A stretch of 64,000 nucleotides of DNA, from the NCBI GenBank assembly GCA_964643065.1, contig CAZXPD010000001.1, forward strand, positions 2,925-66,924, given 5' to 3'. Below the pieces are notes generated by a model. The model ran no database searches and was not told the origin of the DNA. It saw only the letters and a list, made by a program, of their open reading frames with translations. The number at the start of each line of letters is the position of its first letter. Position 1 is the stretch's first letter. The position numbers and the translations under genes were made by a program. Below, in pieces: positions 56,588 to 64,000 of the stretch. This DNA is from an uncultured Gammaproteobacteria bacterium. GTDB taxonomy: Bacteria; Cyanobacteriota; Vampirovibrionia; Gastranaerophilales; CAZEDP01.

Positions 56588-57463
56588 TCACACAATCAGC
56601 ATCTTTGATGTTTCAGCTATTATTTGTTCTGTTAACTCAATATTATTAACGCTTGCAACTCTTGATGCTCTCATAATCAGCTTTGAAAGCACTCTTGTAT
56701 TGCCTCTTGAATGCTCAAGCCAGGACTCGCTTAACTTTGTATCCTGAGAAGTTGTCTGTAAAATTGCATCAATGTCATTTATTGTTAGTTTCTCAAGCTT
56801 TTTAGAAACACCGACTCTTGAATAAAGCTGTTCATACTGATTTTTAGCACCTCTTAAGTTTTCAACAAGAGCAGGCATTCCAATTAAAAGGACTCCGACT
56901 TCAGTTTTATCGTGAATTCGTCTTACAAGCTCCAAAGCTTTATATGGAAGGTTTTCTGCTTCATCGATAATTATTAGCCTACCTGAATGCTGTATTTTTT
57001 GAATTACTTCATCAGTCATTTTATAGATATTGCCTTTGTTGGAAAGACCAAGTCGCTTATGAAATTCAGTAAGCAGAGCTTTTGTATTAAAGCCCGGGTC
57101 AGTTTCAATAAGAATGGAATCAAGATAGTGCTTTGTATATTCTTTGGCTGCAATTGTTTTACCCAAGCCGGCAGCTCCGTAGCAAACACCGATTTCGTTA
57201 TTTATATGGCACATTCTTGCTATTTCAAATACACGTTTAAATACAGAAGTTTCAACACAGGGAATAAACCTTTTATGACTTCTTTCTTTTTCTCTCTGGA
57301 TAAAATTGTTAACAACATCAGCGATTTTATCGGCTTTGCCGTTGTAATTATTATTAACCCACAGGTTTAAAGTTGTCGGTGATACAGCAGTAGCTCTTGC
57401 TACAGCCTGAAAACTGTATTTTTTCTCCTGCATTAAAATTTTCAATTCTTCTTTAAGATCCAT
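56588..57463 (-). CDS. MuB-like AAA+ transposition ATPase
   Basis: N-terminal HTH; Walker A GAAGLGKT; Walker B LIIIDEAE. Overlaps the transposase stop. Confidence 0.85.
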   Translation of the reverse strand: MDLKEELKILMQEKKYSFQAVARATAVSPTTLNLWVNNNYNGKADKIADVVNNFIQREKERSHKRFIPCVETSVFKRVFEIARMCHINNEIGVCYGAAGLGKTIAAKEYTKHYLDSILIETDPGFNTKALLTEFHKRLGLSNKGNIYKMTDEVIQKIQHSGRLIIIDEAENLPYKALELVRRIHDKTEVGVLLIGMPALVENLRGAKNQYEQLYSRVGVSKKLEKLTINDIDAILQTTSQDTKLSESWLEHSRGNTRVLSKLIMRASRVASVNNIELTEQIIAETSKMLIV

Positions 57464-59450
57464 AACCTGCTCCTCTTAATCTGAAATATTCTTTTTCAGC
57501 TTCTTCAATTTCTTTATCACTCTCAAAGAGATAGATTTTGTCTTTTTGAACAGGCTCATCAACAAAGATGGACAAATCGTGAGTGCCGATTTTTTGAGCA
57601 TTCTTATGCTTTCTTACCGCTTTATCCATATCAGTGTTTGCAATTTTGGTAATTTTAGGATTTAACAAATATTCTTTATCACCCAAAACCGCCTTGTAAT
57701 TGAGCACTTTTTCATTAATCTCAATTTCTTCTCTTTGAGAGTAGGCTTTTTCAATTTTTCTGCCACGTTTTTTATCGGAAATAATTTCCTTGAACTGCTC
57801 TTTTGAAATTTCTTCTTTTGCAAGTGCCGGAGCAAGTTCTTTGACATAAGCGATTCCAAGCTGCTCATCATCAGATGATCTAAACACCCAGGCTTCAGCA
57901 TAATTTTTAGCATCACGCCTTAAATAGACTTTTTCGCCTTTAACCCCAAGCATCCAGTCTGACCAGTATGTAATTTGAAGCTCTGAATCTCTTACTCCGT
58001 TTTGTGTAACTGATAACTCTTTTGAAGTCCTTTTACAGAAAAGGATTAGTGCATCTTTTGATACAACACGTTTTTCTGTAAATTCAAGAGCGAATAATTC
58101 ATCAGGTGATTTACCCTTATGATTCTTGCCTTGAGATGGCATTTTATTAAATACATTTACGATAAAATCATCAAAAATTTCTTTAAACTCTTCAAACTTT
58201 AATATCTTGCCGTCTTTAATTTCTTTTTTAAGTTTTTCAGGGCGTTCTGTAACGTTTCCGCCTCTGTAGCCGACAGTATGTTTTGATAAGTAGGTTTTAA
58301 TTTTAAGAAAATCTCTTTCAATCGGCTTTGTCTGAGCGTTATACGGCAAGGCAAAATGAGGAATAACTCCGAGTTTACCGAGCATGGCAGTTGTCGCATG
58401 TTCATCCACACTTATTTTTATATGTTTTCTTCCGCCGGCAAAATCTTTCGCCCTAAAATCTCTTCCGTTGTCTATAATTGCATCTTCAGGAATGCCATAC
58501 TCATCAGCGGCATAATAGAAAGATTGGAATATGTGATTAGAATTTGGCGTATTTGGCTGAAGAACCCAGCCAAGCCACTTGCCTGATTTAAAACAGCGCC
58601 ATGATGTAACCCAGGGGAATGTTACTTTGCCGTCAGGATTTTCACAGGCAATATCAATTTGAGCGTGATCCGCTACCCATACAGAACCGCATCGGATTTG
58701 AGAATAATCTCTCTCTACATAGTTTGCGTATTTTCTGTTCCATTTTGCCTGACCGTATCTGGCAAGGTATATTGATGATTTTGGAACCTCACGTTCTAAC
58801 TTTCTTTTAAAGCTTAAATGTTTTGGAAATTCTGATTTTGTAATACCGTCTTCTCTCATTGCATAGCCTAAAGTCATAAGCCAGCAGGAATAAACAGAAG
58901 GAGCACCTTCAAGAAGGTATAAGTTTTTAAAATATTCAAAATATTTATCTTCTATTTTTGAAACACCTGCAGTTTTGCCGTATTGAGCCAATAAAGCTGA
59001 AATTCCGCCTTGTTCATATCTTAAGCGTGCATCATTAACAGCTGAATAGCAGGTTTTAAAATCAGGATTTTTAATATTCCATTCTTTGACGAACTCTCTT
59101 AATTCCTTACCCTTTAAGCCTCTTGAATTTGTGAGTATAACAACATATTTATCTGCTTGTTTTTTAGCCCAATTTGGAGCTTTGTTATACAGCATAAGGT
59201 CAATATCAAGATCAAAAGTTGTTTCATTGGCTGAATTAATCCGGTAATATTTATTCTGAAATCTTTCAGGCAATGAGCTTAAGAGTATTTTGTATTCAAC
59301 TTTCTCTTTTTGAGCTTTATTTCTTTCAAATATATATTTGCCCGATGCACAGTTTTTTCTTAAGGTTTCAAATTTCACTCCAAGCAAAGAGCAGGCTTGA
59401 TTTTCATCAATCCATAGAGATATATTATTTACTTCCTGTTTTCTGCTCAT
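57453..59450 (-). CDS. MuA-like DDE transposase
   Basis: VWVADHAQID, IIDNGRDF and KPIERDF (D, D, E). 665 aa. N-terminal DNA-binding region. Confidence 0.9.
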   Translation of the reverse strand: MSRKQEVNNISLWIDENQACSLLGVKFETLRKNCASGKYIFERNKAQKEKVEYKILLSSLPERFQNKYYRINSANETTFDLDIDLMLYNKAPNWAKKQADKYVVILTNSRGLKGKELREFVKEWNIKNPDFKTCYSAVNDARLRYEQGGISALLAQYGKTAGVSKIEDKYFEYFKNLYLLEGAPSVYSCWLMTLGYAMREDGITKSEFPKHLSFKRKLEREVPKSSIYLARYGQAKWNRKYANYVERDYSQIRCGSVWVADHAQIDIACENPDGKVTFPWVTSWRCFKSGKWLGWVLQPNTPNSNHIFQSFYYAADEYGIPEDAIIDNGRDFRAKDFAGGRKHIKISVDEHATTAMLGKLGVIPHFALPYNAQTKPIERDFLKIKTYLSKHTVGYRGGNVTERPEKLKKEIKDGKILKFEEFKEIFDDFIVNVFNKMPSQGKNHKGKSPDELFALEFTEKRVVSKDALILFCKRTSKELSVTQNGVRDSELQITYWSDWMLGVKGEKVYLRRDAKNYAEAWVFRSSDDEQLGIAYVKELAPALAKEEISKEQFKEIISDKKRGRKIEKAYSQREEIEINEKVLNYKAVLGDKEYLLNPKITKIANTDMDKAVRKHKNAQKIGTHDLSIFVDEPVQKDKIYLFESDKEIEEAEKEYFRLRGAGYGS

Positions 59451-59465
59451 CTGCTTTTCCTTAAT

Positions 59466-59654
59466 TTACAGCCAGTATGGCCTGCCAAGATTTTCTGTTA
59501 CCCATTTGGTAAAATTAGCATCTTCTTTTTGACCTTCAATGAGAAAAAATAGCTCTTTAACTGTAATATTTAGCTCATCAGCTACCCTGTCGACACTTAG
59601 GTTTCGACACAAAAGTTTAACTTTGAACCAATTTACTCTGGATTTCTTGCTCAT
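59466..59654 (-). CDS. Ner/Cro-like small DNA-binding protein
   Basis: 62 aa. First gene of the early operon, divergent from the repressor. LSVDRVADELNITVKEL HTH-like. Confidence 0.6.
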   Translation of the reverse strand: MSKKSRVNWFKVKLLCRNLSVDRVADELNITVKELFFLIEGQKEDANFTKWVTENLGRPYWL

Positions 59655-59765
59655 TTGTGGTATATTCTCTATATAAAGTTAATCAATATTACCATTTGTT
59701 CATGAATAAAATAATATTATTACCATTTGGGTATATTGTCAACAAATAGGAACATATGGTAAAAT
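59652..59765. promoter_or_regulatory. lysis-lysogeny switch: overlapping divergent promoters plus repeated operator half-sites
   Basis: TTACCATTTG at 59689-59698 and 59720-59729; inverted copy CATATGGTAA at 59753-59762. Early promoter (minus): TTGACA 59742-59737, 17 nt, TAATAT 59719-59714. Repressor promoter (plus): TTGTCA 59736-59741, TGgTAAAAT 59757-59765. Confidence 0.55.
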
Positions 59766-59790
59766 TTTATTAAGAAAGCAAGAGACAATT

Positions 59791-60486
59791 ATGGGAAAAG
59801 AACTAAACCCAAAAGTATTAAAAGAAATCGGACAAAGACTGAGAGAGATTAGAACTCAGTCAGCTCTTACTATTGAAGAATTAAGCAAAATGATTAATAT
59901 CGCCCCAAAGACAATCAGTAATTATGAAAGAGGCGAAAGACAAGCATCTGTTGAATACTTAACATTACTATATGAGCACCTTGAAGCAAATCTTGAATAT
60001 ATTGTTGCAGGAAAAGGTGCAATGTTTGTTGAGGACGGATCAGGTAAAAATGTTTATTGCGATAATATCGTATATGTTCCGATTTTTAATATTAAAACAG
60101 CGGCAGGTGCAGGCTGTCTTGTTGATAATGAAGCAGTAATAGGGCATTATCCCTTTGAGAAAGAATGGTTTAACAAAAATATCCTTGCTCCCAAAAATAG
60201 TCTTGTAATGTTTGAAGTAAAAGGCGAATCAATGGAGCCGACTATAAAAGACGGTGATTTGATTATGGTTGATACGGCGAATACTACAATCAGAGACGGT
60301 ATTTTTGTTGTAAGGTTTGACGATTCTCTTGTTGTAAAAAGACTTGAGCTTATGCCAGATAATAAATTGCAGGTCAAGAGTGATAACCCTGAATACAGCA
60401 CTTTTATGGTTGATCTTCATACTCAATCAGGTGTTGCGGTTATAGGCAAAGTCATCTGGCATGGTAAAAAGCTTTCTCAGGAGTAA
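59791..60486 (+). CDS. CI-like repressor (XRE HTH plus S24 LexA-type peptidase)
   Basis: HTH LTIEELSKMINIAPKTISNYERGER. GESMEPTIKDGD and VVKRL (Ser-Lys dyad). Confidence 0.9.
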   Translation: MGKELNPKVLKEIGQRLREIRTQSALTIEELSKMINIAPKTISNYERGERQASVEYLTLLYEHLEANLEYIVAGKGAMFVEDGSGKNVYCDNIVYVPIFNIKTAAGAGCLVDNEAVIGHYPFEKEWFNKNILAPKNSLVMFEVKGESMEPTIKDGDLIMVDTANTTIRDGIFVVRFDDSLVVKRLELMPDNKLQVKSDNPEYSTFMVDLHTQSGVAVIGKVIWHGKKLSQE

Positions 60487-60489
60487 TGA

Positions 60490-61464
60490 TTGAAAGTTTT
60501 ACTAGATGTAAATATTTTAGATGAAGAATTAATTACAAAATTTAAAGAAAATAATATTCTTGATTTAGTAGAATCAAATAAAATAACATTTTTTCTTAGT
60601 AATATCTTATTATTGCAAAAATTCGTCCCTTACTATAATTATGACAAAACTGCTAATAAAGAAAATTATTATAATTTATTAAATTTTTTACTAAAATTAT
60701 GTGATGACAGGATTTTTGATGATTCTTGTCAGATTGTAATGAAAGAATTTAATAACAAAGCAAGAAAAGGTAAATATTGCTATATTAATTGTGCAAAAGC
60801 AAAAGAATTAAAAAAGGAATTTCTAGAACAAGACATAACTTATTTAAAGGATTTTTTCTCAAAAGCCAATGAATTTAAAAAAAATTTAGTTACAATTGCA
60901 GATAATGATTCACAAAAATTATTTAATAAAATTCAACCCATATTAGATAAAAATTATGATGAATATTTAGTTTTATTAAAAAATATTTTTACAGAGCAAA
61001 ATTATTCAATAGAAATAATAGATGCTATTGATAGTGTAAATAAATACTTACATGGTTCTTCTGACACAAGAAAACATTTCCTTGAAGTGTTAAAAATTAG
61101 AATAGAATACTTGATAACTCGATTGTTTATTATTCAAACTCTAAATTTAGGTAGAGATTGTATATTAAACTATGTTGACAACCCCATTAATTACCCCTAT
61201 ACGCAAAAAAGAATTCAAAGTTATACTTTTTTATTAACGAGAAAGCTTGAGGCTCAGATCTTAAAAAAAGACATCCCTAGTAAGGACAATGATGCTATTT
61301 TCGATAACGAATATATATGTCTAATGCAAGACCTTGATGTTTTATTAACAAATGATGAGAGCTATATGAAAGATTGTTTTGATTATATATACGGTAATAA
61401 TAAAAAACAAATATTAACTCTTGATAATTTTTTGGAATATATAAAGGAATTTAAAACCTCCTAA
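60490..61464 (+). CDS. hypothetical protein, possible split PIN-like nuclease; co-transcribed with the repressor
   Basis: TTG start 3 nt after the repressor stop. N-terminal KVLLDVNIL and C-terminal DLDVLLTNDESYM resemble the first and last PIN acidic motifs. Very AT-rich by eye. Confidence 0.5.
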   Translation: MKVLLDVNILDEELITKFKENNILDLVESNKITFFLSNILLLQKFVPYYNYDKTANKENYYNLLNFLLKLCDDRIFDDSCQIVMKEFNNKARKGKYCYINCAKAKELKKEFLEQDITYLKDFFSKANEFKKNLVTIADNDSQKLFNKIQPILDKNYDEYLVLLKNIFTEQNYSIEIIDAIDSVNKYLHGSSDTRKHFLEVLKIRIEYLITRLFIIQTLNLGRDCILNYVDNPINYPYTQKRIQSYTFLLTRKLEAQILKKDIPSKDNDAIFDNEYICLMQDLDVLLTNDESYMKDCFDYIYGNNKKQILTLDNFLEYIKEFKTS

Positions 61465-61981
61465 CTGCTCTTGCAGGATTATAAAGGATATACCTGTCTT
61501 TAAGGGCTTTTTCAAGAATACTTCCTAGTAATTTTGCAATATTATCAATGGTCTTATGCGAGAGCCCTTCTTCCAATTTTGCTTCTATAAACCTGTCTAT
61601 ATTTTCAGGCTTAACTTCAGCTATTCTGAATTCTTTAAAAAATGGCAATAAGTGTTTATTTAAAGCACTTTTATATGATTTAAAAGTATGAGCGGTACAT
61701 TTTAATTCTGCAATCTCCATAAAACTTTCCGCCGCAGTTTTAAACCCAATTCGCCCTTTTGAATTTGTTTTATTCTCTGATTTTTGCTTTTTGGGCTTCT
61801 TAGGTTTTTTCTGATTTTTTATAAATTTTTCAGGCAAAGAATATGTATCGCCTTTTTTAGTCAAATTCAGACTTTTTATTAGTTCAAATATTTCTAGCTC
61901 ATCACAACCTGTAATAAGCTCTATATCTTCTATTGTAAAAGTTTTTAACCCTTTTATTGCTTTTAAAATCTGATTTTTCAT
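61451..61981 (-). CDS. protein consisting only of a phage-integrase N-terminal SAM-like (core-binding) domain
   Basis: HTFKSYKSALNKHLLPFFKEFRIAEVKPENIDRFIEAKLEEGLSHKTIDN...LYNPARAV then stop. No catalytic R-H-R-Y domain. Confidence 0.55.
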   Translation of the reverse strand: MKNQILKAIKGLKTFTIEDIELITGCDELEIFELIKSLNLTKKGDTYSLPEKFIKNQKKPKKPKKQKSENKTNSKGRIGFKTAAESFMEIAELKCTAHTFKSYKSALNKHLLPFFKEFRIAEVKPENIDRFIEAKLEEGLSHKTIDNIAKLLGSILEKALKDRYILYNPARAVRRF

Positions 61982-62676
61982 ACTTCAACAACCTCTTTTA
62001 TAAATTTCCCGATAATATCTGATGTAATAATCAAGTCAGAGTTAGCTATTGAGATTTTTTCAGCTTTTGAAATCACGCTTACTATTTGCCTGAACCTATT
62101 TGCATTGTTGTGTATCAGTTTTATTGCCGATTCATCTATTTGGGCTTCTGATAGTTCCTGCACAATATTCTTAACCTCTTCAAAATCAAATACTTTAAAT
62201 TCCAGTATTTCAGAGAACCTGTCATAAATATGTCTGTACCTCATAAAGCGTTTATTTGCTTTATTCATACCGATTAAAATAATCGGGACATCCACTCTGT
62301 CGTAAATGTCCCGAATCGTTTCTATTGCTTTTGAATCATTTAAAAGATAATCAATCTCATCAATTATTAATGGTCTTGGGTCTTGTGATAACTGACTTAT
62401 TGCCTGATTAAACAAGTCAGATGACTTATACATGGGTGCTTCTCCGAGCTCTTCAACCAGTTCCTCCAAAAACCATCTGCCTGACATCATATTGGAGCTT
62501 CTAAGATAAACCGCATCATTTTTCACAGCCCACCATAGGGCAGCTCTTGATTTACCAAGTCCAGGCTCTCCATATACAAGTGCCATTCTTGGAACTCCTT
62601 CAGGCTTGTTTTGCAGGTTATTTACAAGTGCTATAAAGTTTTTGACATTCTGCGTCCGTACAAAAGTTTTCTTCAT
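61978..62676 (-). CDS. TniB/MuB-like AAA+ ATPase
   Basis: Walker A GEPGLGKS; Walker B LIIDEIDYL. 4-nt overlap with the downstream gene. Confidence 0.8.
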   Translation of the reverse strand: MKKTFVRTQNVKNFIALVNNLQNKPEGVPRMALVYGEPGLGKSRAALWWAVKNDAVYLRSSNMMSGRWFLEELVEELGEAPMYKSSDLFNQAISQLSQDPRPLIIDEIDYLLNDSKAIETIRDIYDRVDVPIILIGMNKANKRFMRYRHIYDRFSEILEFKVFDFEEVKNIVQELSEAQIDESAIKLIHNNANRFRQIVSVISKAEKISIANSDLIITSDIIGKFIKEVVEV

Positions 62677-62678
62677 AA

Positions 62679-64000
62679 TTATTCCTCATATATCATTTTG
62701 TATTCATCGCTGTTTTTGTAATTCTGAAGCCATTTTCTGTCTTCAGGATTTGTGCATCCTATTTTCATAAGCCATTCATAGCGTTCGTAATTGTTCATAA
62801 ATACAGGCTTTTCAGTTATATCTGCCTCCTTTATTTCAATAATTTTTTCAGGTATTGATTCTTGCTGCTCCAAGTATTCTTCGTCCATTTGCTCTTCAAG
62901 GAATTTAATATCTTCTTTGGGTAAAAATCTTTTAACAGCTTTTAATGTGCGGTTTTTCAGCTTCTTCTGTTTTTGAATTTTCTGTTTAAAATCTTCCATA
63001 TCCTTAACAGTTCCCATATGATTAGCCATCGGATGTGTTCCTGTTACTCTTCTTGCCGTGCATAAATACTCGCCTTTAGTTGAGTAAACCTTTATTTTAG
63101 TCAGGTCAAACAGGCTATAACGTATCATTACTCTGTCCCTCAAGCCGTAAAGTAGGTCATTATAATAATCTGTATTCAAAAACCTAATGCCGTTTCTATG
63201 GATAGTTTTTACTTCATAAGCCATCATCAAATCATCAAGCTTAGATATATCTATGTTTTGACGTTCCCGAGTTTCAAAAGCTTCTTTAATCGTCATCCCT
63301 TGAACATTACTGCAAGGCTGAGAGTGTCTGTAATCAAGCCAGCAGTTAATAAGTTTTATAGTTTCTTCAATTGTAGGAATATGTCCTTGATTTACTTTGT
63401 TATATAAATCTTTATGAAATTTCTCATTTCTCTTTAGATATGCAGGTTTTGTTTCTATTGAAGTTCCGCTGTAACTTGGCACAAGTTTTTCAAACTCTTC
63501 CTGAAATTCCCTGAAAAATCTTTCAATAACCTTCGCCCTTGCGTTGTATGGTTTAGCGTAAACAGGCTTTATTCCAAGATTCTGATATATCCCGTTAAAC
63601 CCTGCTTCTGTAAAATCAGCAGACTCTGTGAAGTATTTAGCTTTAAAGGCTCTGCCGTTATCCTGATAAACAATAGTTGGAATCATATTAAGATTAATTA
63701 TTGCCATTCTTAGAGCAGCTGCAATGCATTGGGTATTTTCTTCAAGCATAATGTAATATCCTGCAAGATAACCAGACTTCCAGTCAAAGAACCCTACTAA
63801 TGTCGCCCTGCAAGGTTTTCCTGTAAACGGATTTAAAACAAGGAAGTTCAAAACATGACCGTCTGCCACAAGGATTTCACCGACTTTGATACTTGAAATA
63901 TCTCTTTTAATATACGGTTCGACTCTGTCCCGAAGAGCTTTTTCACCTTCTCTAATCAATATCCATTTATCAAGGTTTTTCTTTTTAAACCACTCAGCAT
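62679..64000 (-). CDS. Mu/TnsB/TniA-family DDE transposase (N-terminus outside window)
   Basis: LVADGHVLNF, VYQDNGRAF and AKVIERFF. Mu-transposase C-terminal barrel pattern IHRNGIRF..YY..L....RVMIRYSLFDLTKIKVY. Confidence 0.85.
   Translation of the reverse strand, partial: AEWFKKKNLDKWILIREGEKALRDRVEPYIKRDISSIKVGEILVADGHVLNFLVLNPFTGKPCRATLVGFFDWKSGYLAGYYIMLEENTQCIAAALRMAIINLNMIPTIVYQDNGRAFKAKYFTESADFTEAGFNGIYQNLGIKPVYAKPYNARAKVIERFFREFQEEFEKLVPSYSGTSIETKPAYLKRNEKFHKDLYNKVNQGHIPTIEETIKLINCWLDYRHSQPCSNVQGMTIKEAFETRERQNIDISKLDDLMMAYEVKTIHRNGIRFLNTDYYNDLLYGLRDRVMIRYSLFDLTKIKVYSTKGEYLCTARRVTGTHPMANHMGTVKDMEDFKQKIQKQKKLKNRTLKAVKRFLPKEDIKFLEEQMDEEYLEQQESIPEKIIEIKEADITEKPVFMNNYERYEWLMKIGCTNPEDRKWLQNYKNSDEYKMIYEE

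Larger units (their letters stand above)
28686..61464. mobile_element. Mu-like transposable prophage (boundaries approximate; right end unresolved)
   Basis: MuA/MuB-like, Ner-like, CI/S24 repressor, GemA and Mor. Mu-type head genes: DUF935 portal, MuF, gpG, DUF1320. Contractile tail module. Candidate left terminus 5'-TGTATTCAT at 28686. Confidence 0.75.
61451..64000 (-). mobile_element. second Mu-superfamily (TniA/TniB- or Tn552-like) transposition module, partial
   Basis: DDE transposase, then AAA+ ATPase, then a 176-aa protein, all on the minus strand. The transposase ORF is open to the window edge. Confidence 0.55.

Noticed and set aside
60386-60399. ...CTGAATACA inside the repressor gene as the inverted match of the left terminus TGTATTCAG/T.
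   Set aside because: It lies within the conserved S24 peptidase coding region, upstream of a co-transcribed gene, so it is an implausible element end. It is a short match likely to arise by chance.

Overview
AT-rich bacterial chromosomal window; the taxon cannot be assigned from sequence alone. I saw no rRNA, tRNA or CRISPR array. It has four blocks. (1) 1-4.3 kb is housekeeping: a radical-SAM gene, amtB-glnK and a membrane protein. amtB-glnK is bracketed by a diverged direct repeat of the radical-SAM promoter and start region. (2) 4.4-28.7 kb is a defence-island-like region with two tightly coupled five-gene operons. The minus-strand operon encodes a YhaM-like HD/OB nuclease, an AddB-like and an AddA-like helicase-nuclease, a DUF262/DUF1524 (GmrSD-like) protein and a GHKL ATPase fused to a PD-ExK nuclease. 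The plus-strand operon encodes a PLD-like/SNF2 helicase, a 238-aa unknown, Type III Mod, Type III Res and a 302-aa unknown, with a divergent WYL regulator upstream. Small secreted-protein genes lie between the operons. A palindrome TATGTC-N7-GACA occurs three times, only in the two divergent promoter regions of this island. (3) About 28.7-61.5 kb is a Mu-like transposable prophage with MuA/MuB-like early genes, a CI/S24 repressor, Ner-, GemA- and Mor-like genes, Mu-type head genes and a P2/Mu-type contractile tail. Unusual traits are an inverted packaging module, two orphan DNA methyltransferases inside the head module, an internal LysE exporter gene, two small-ORF cassettes behind a duplicated promoter, and a repressor-coupled PIN-like gene. 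(4) 61.45-64.0 kb is a second Mu-superfamily transposition module (DDE transposase, AAA+ ATPase, integrase-N-domain-only protein) that runs off the window. The best candidates for an undescribed system are the two five-gene operons, their shared operator and the prophage accessory genes. All functional calls rest on motifs read by eye from the ORF translations; no database search was possible.
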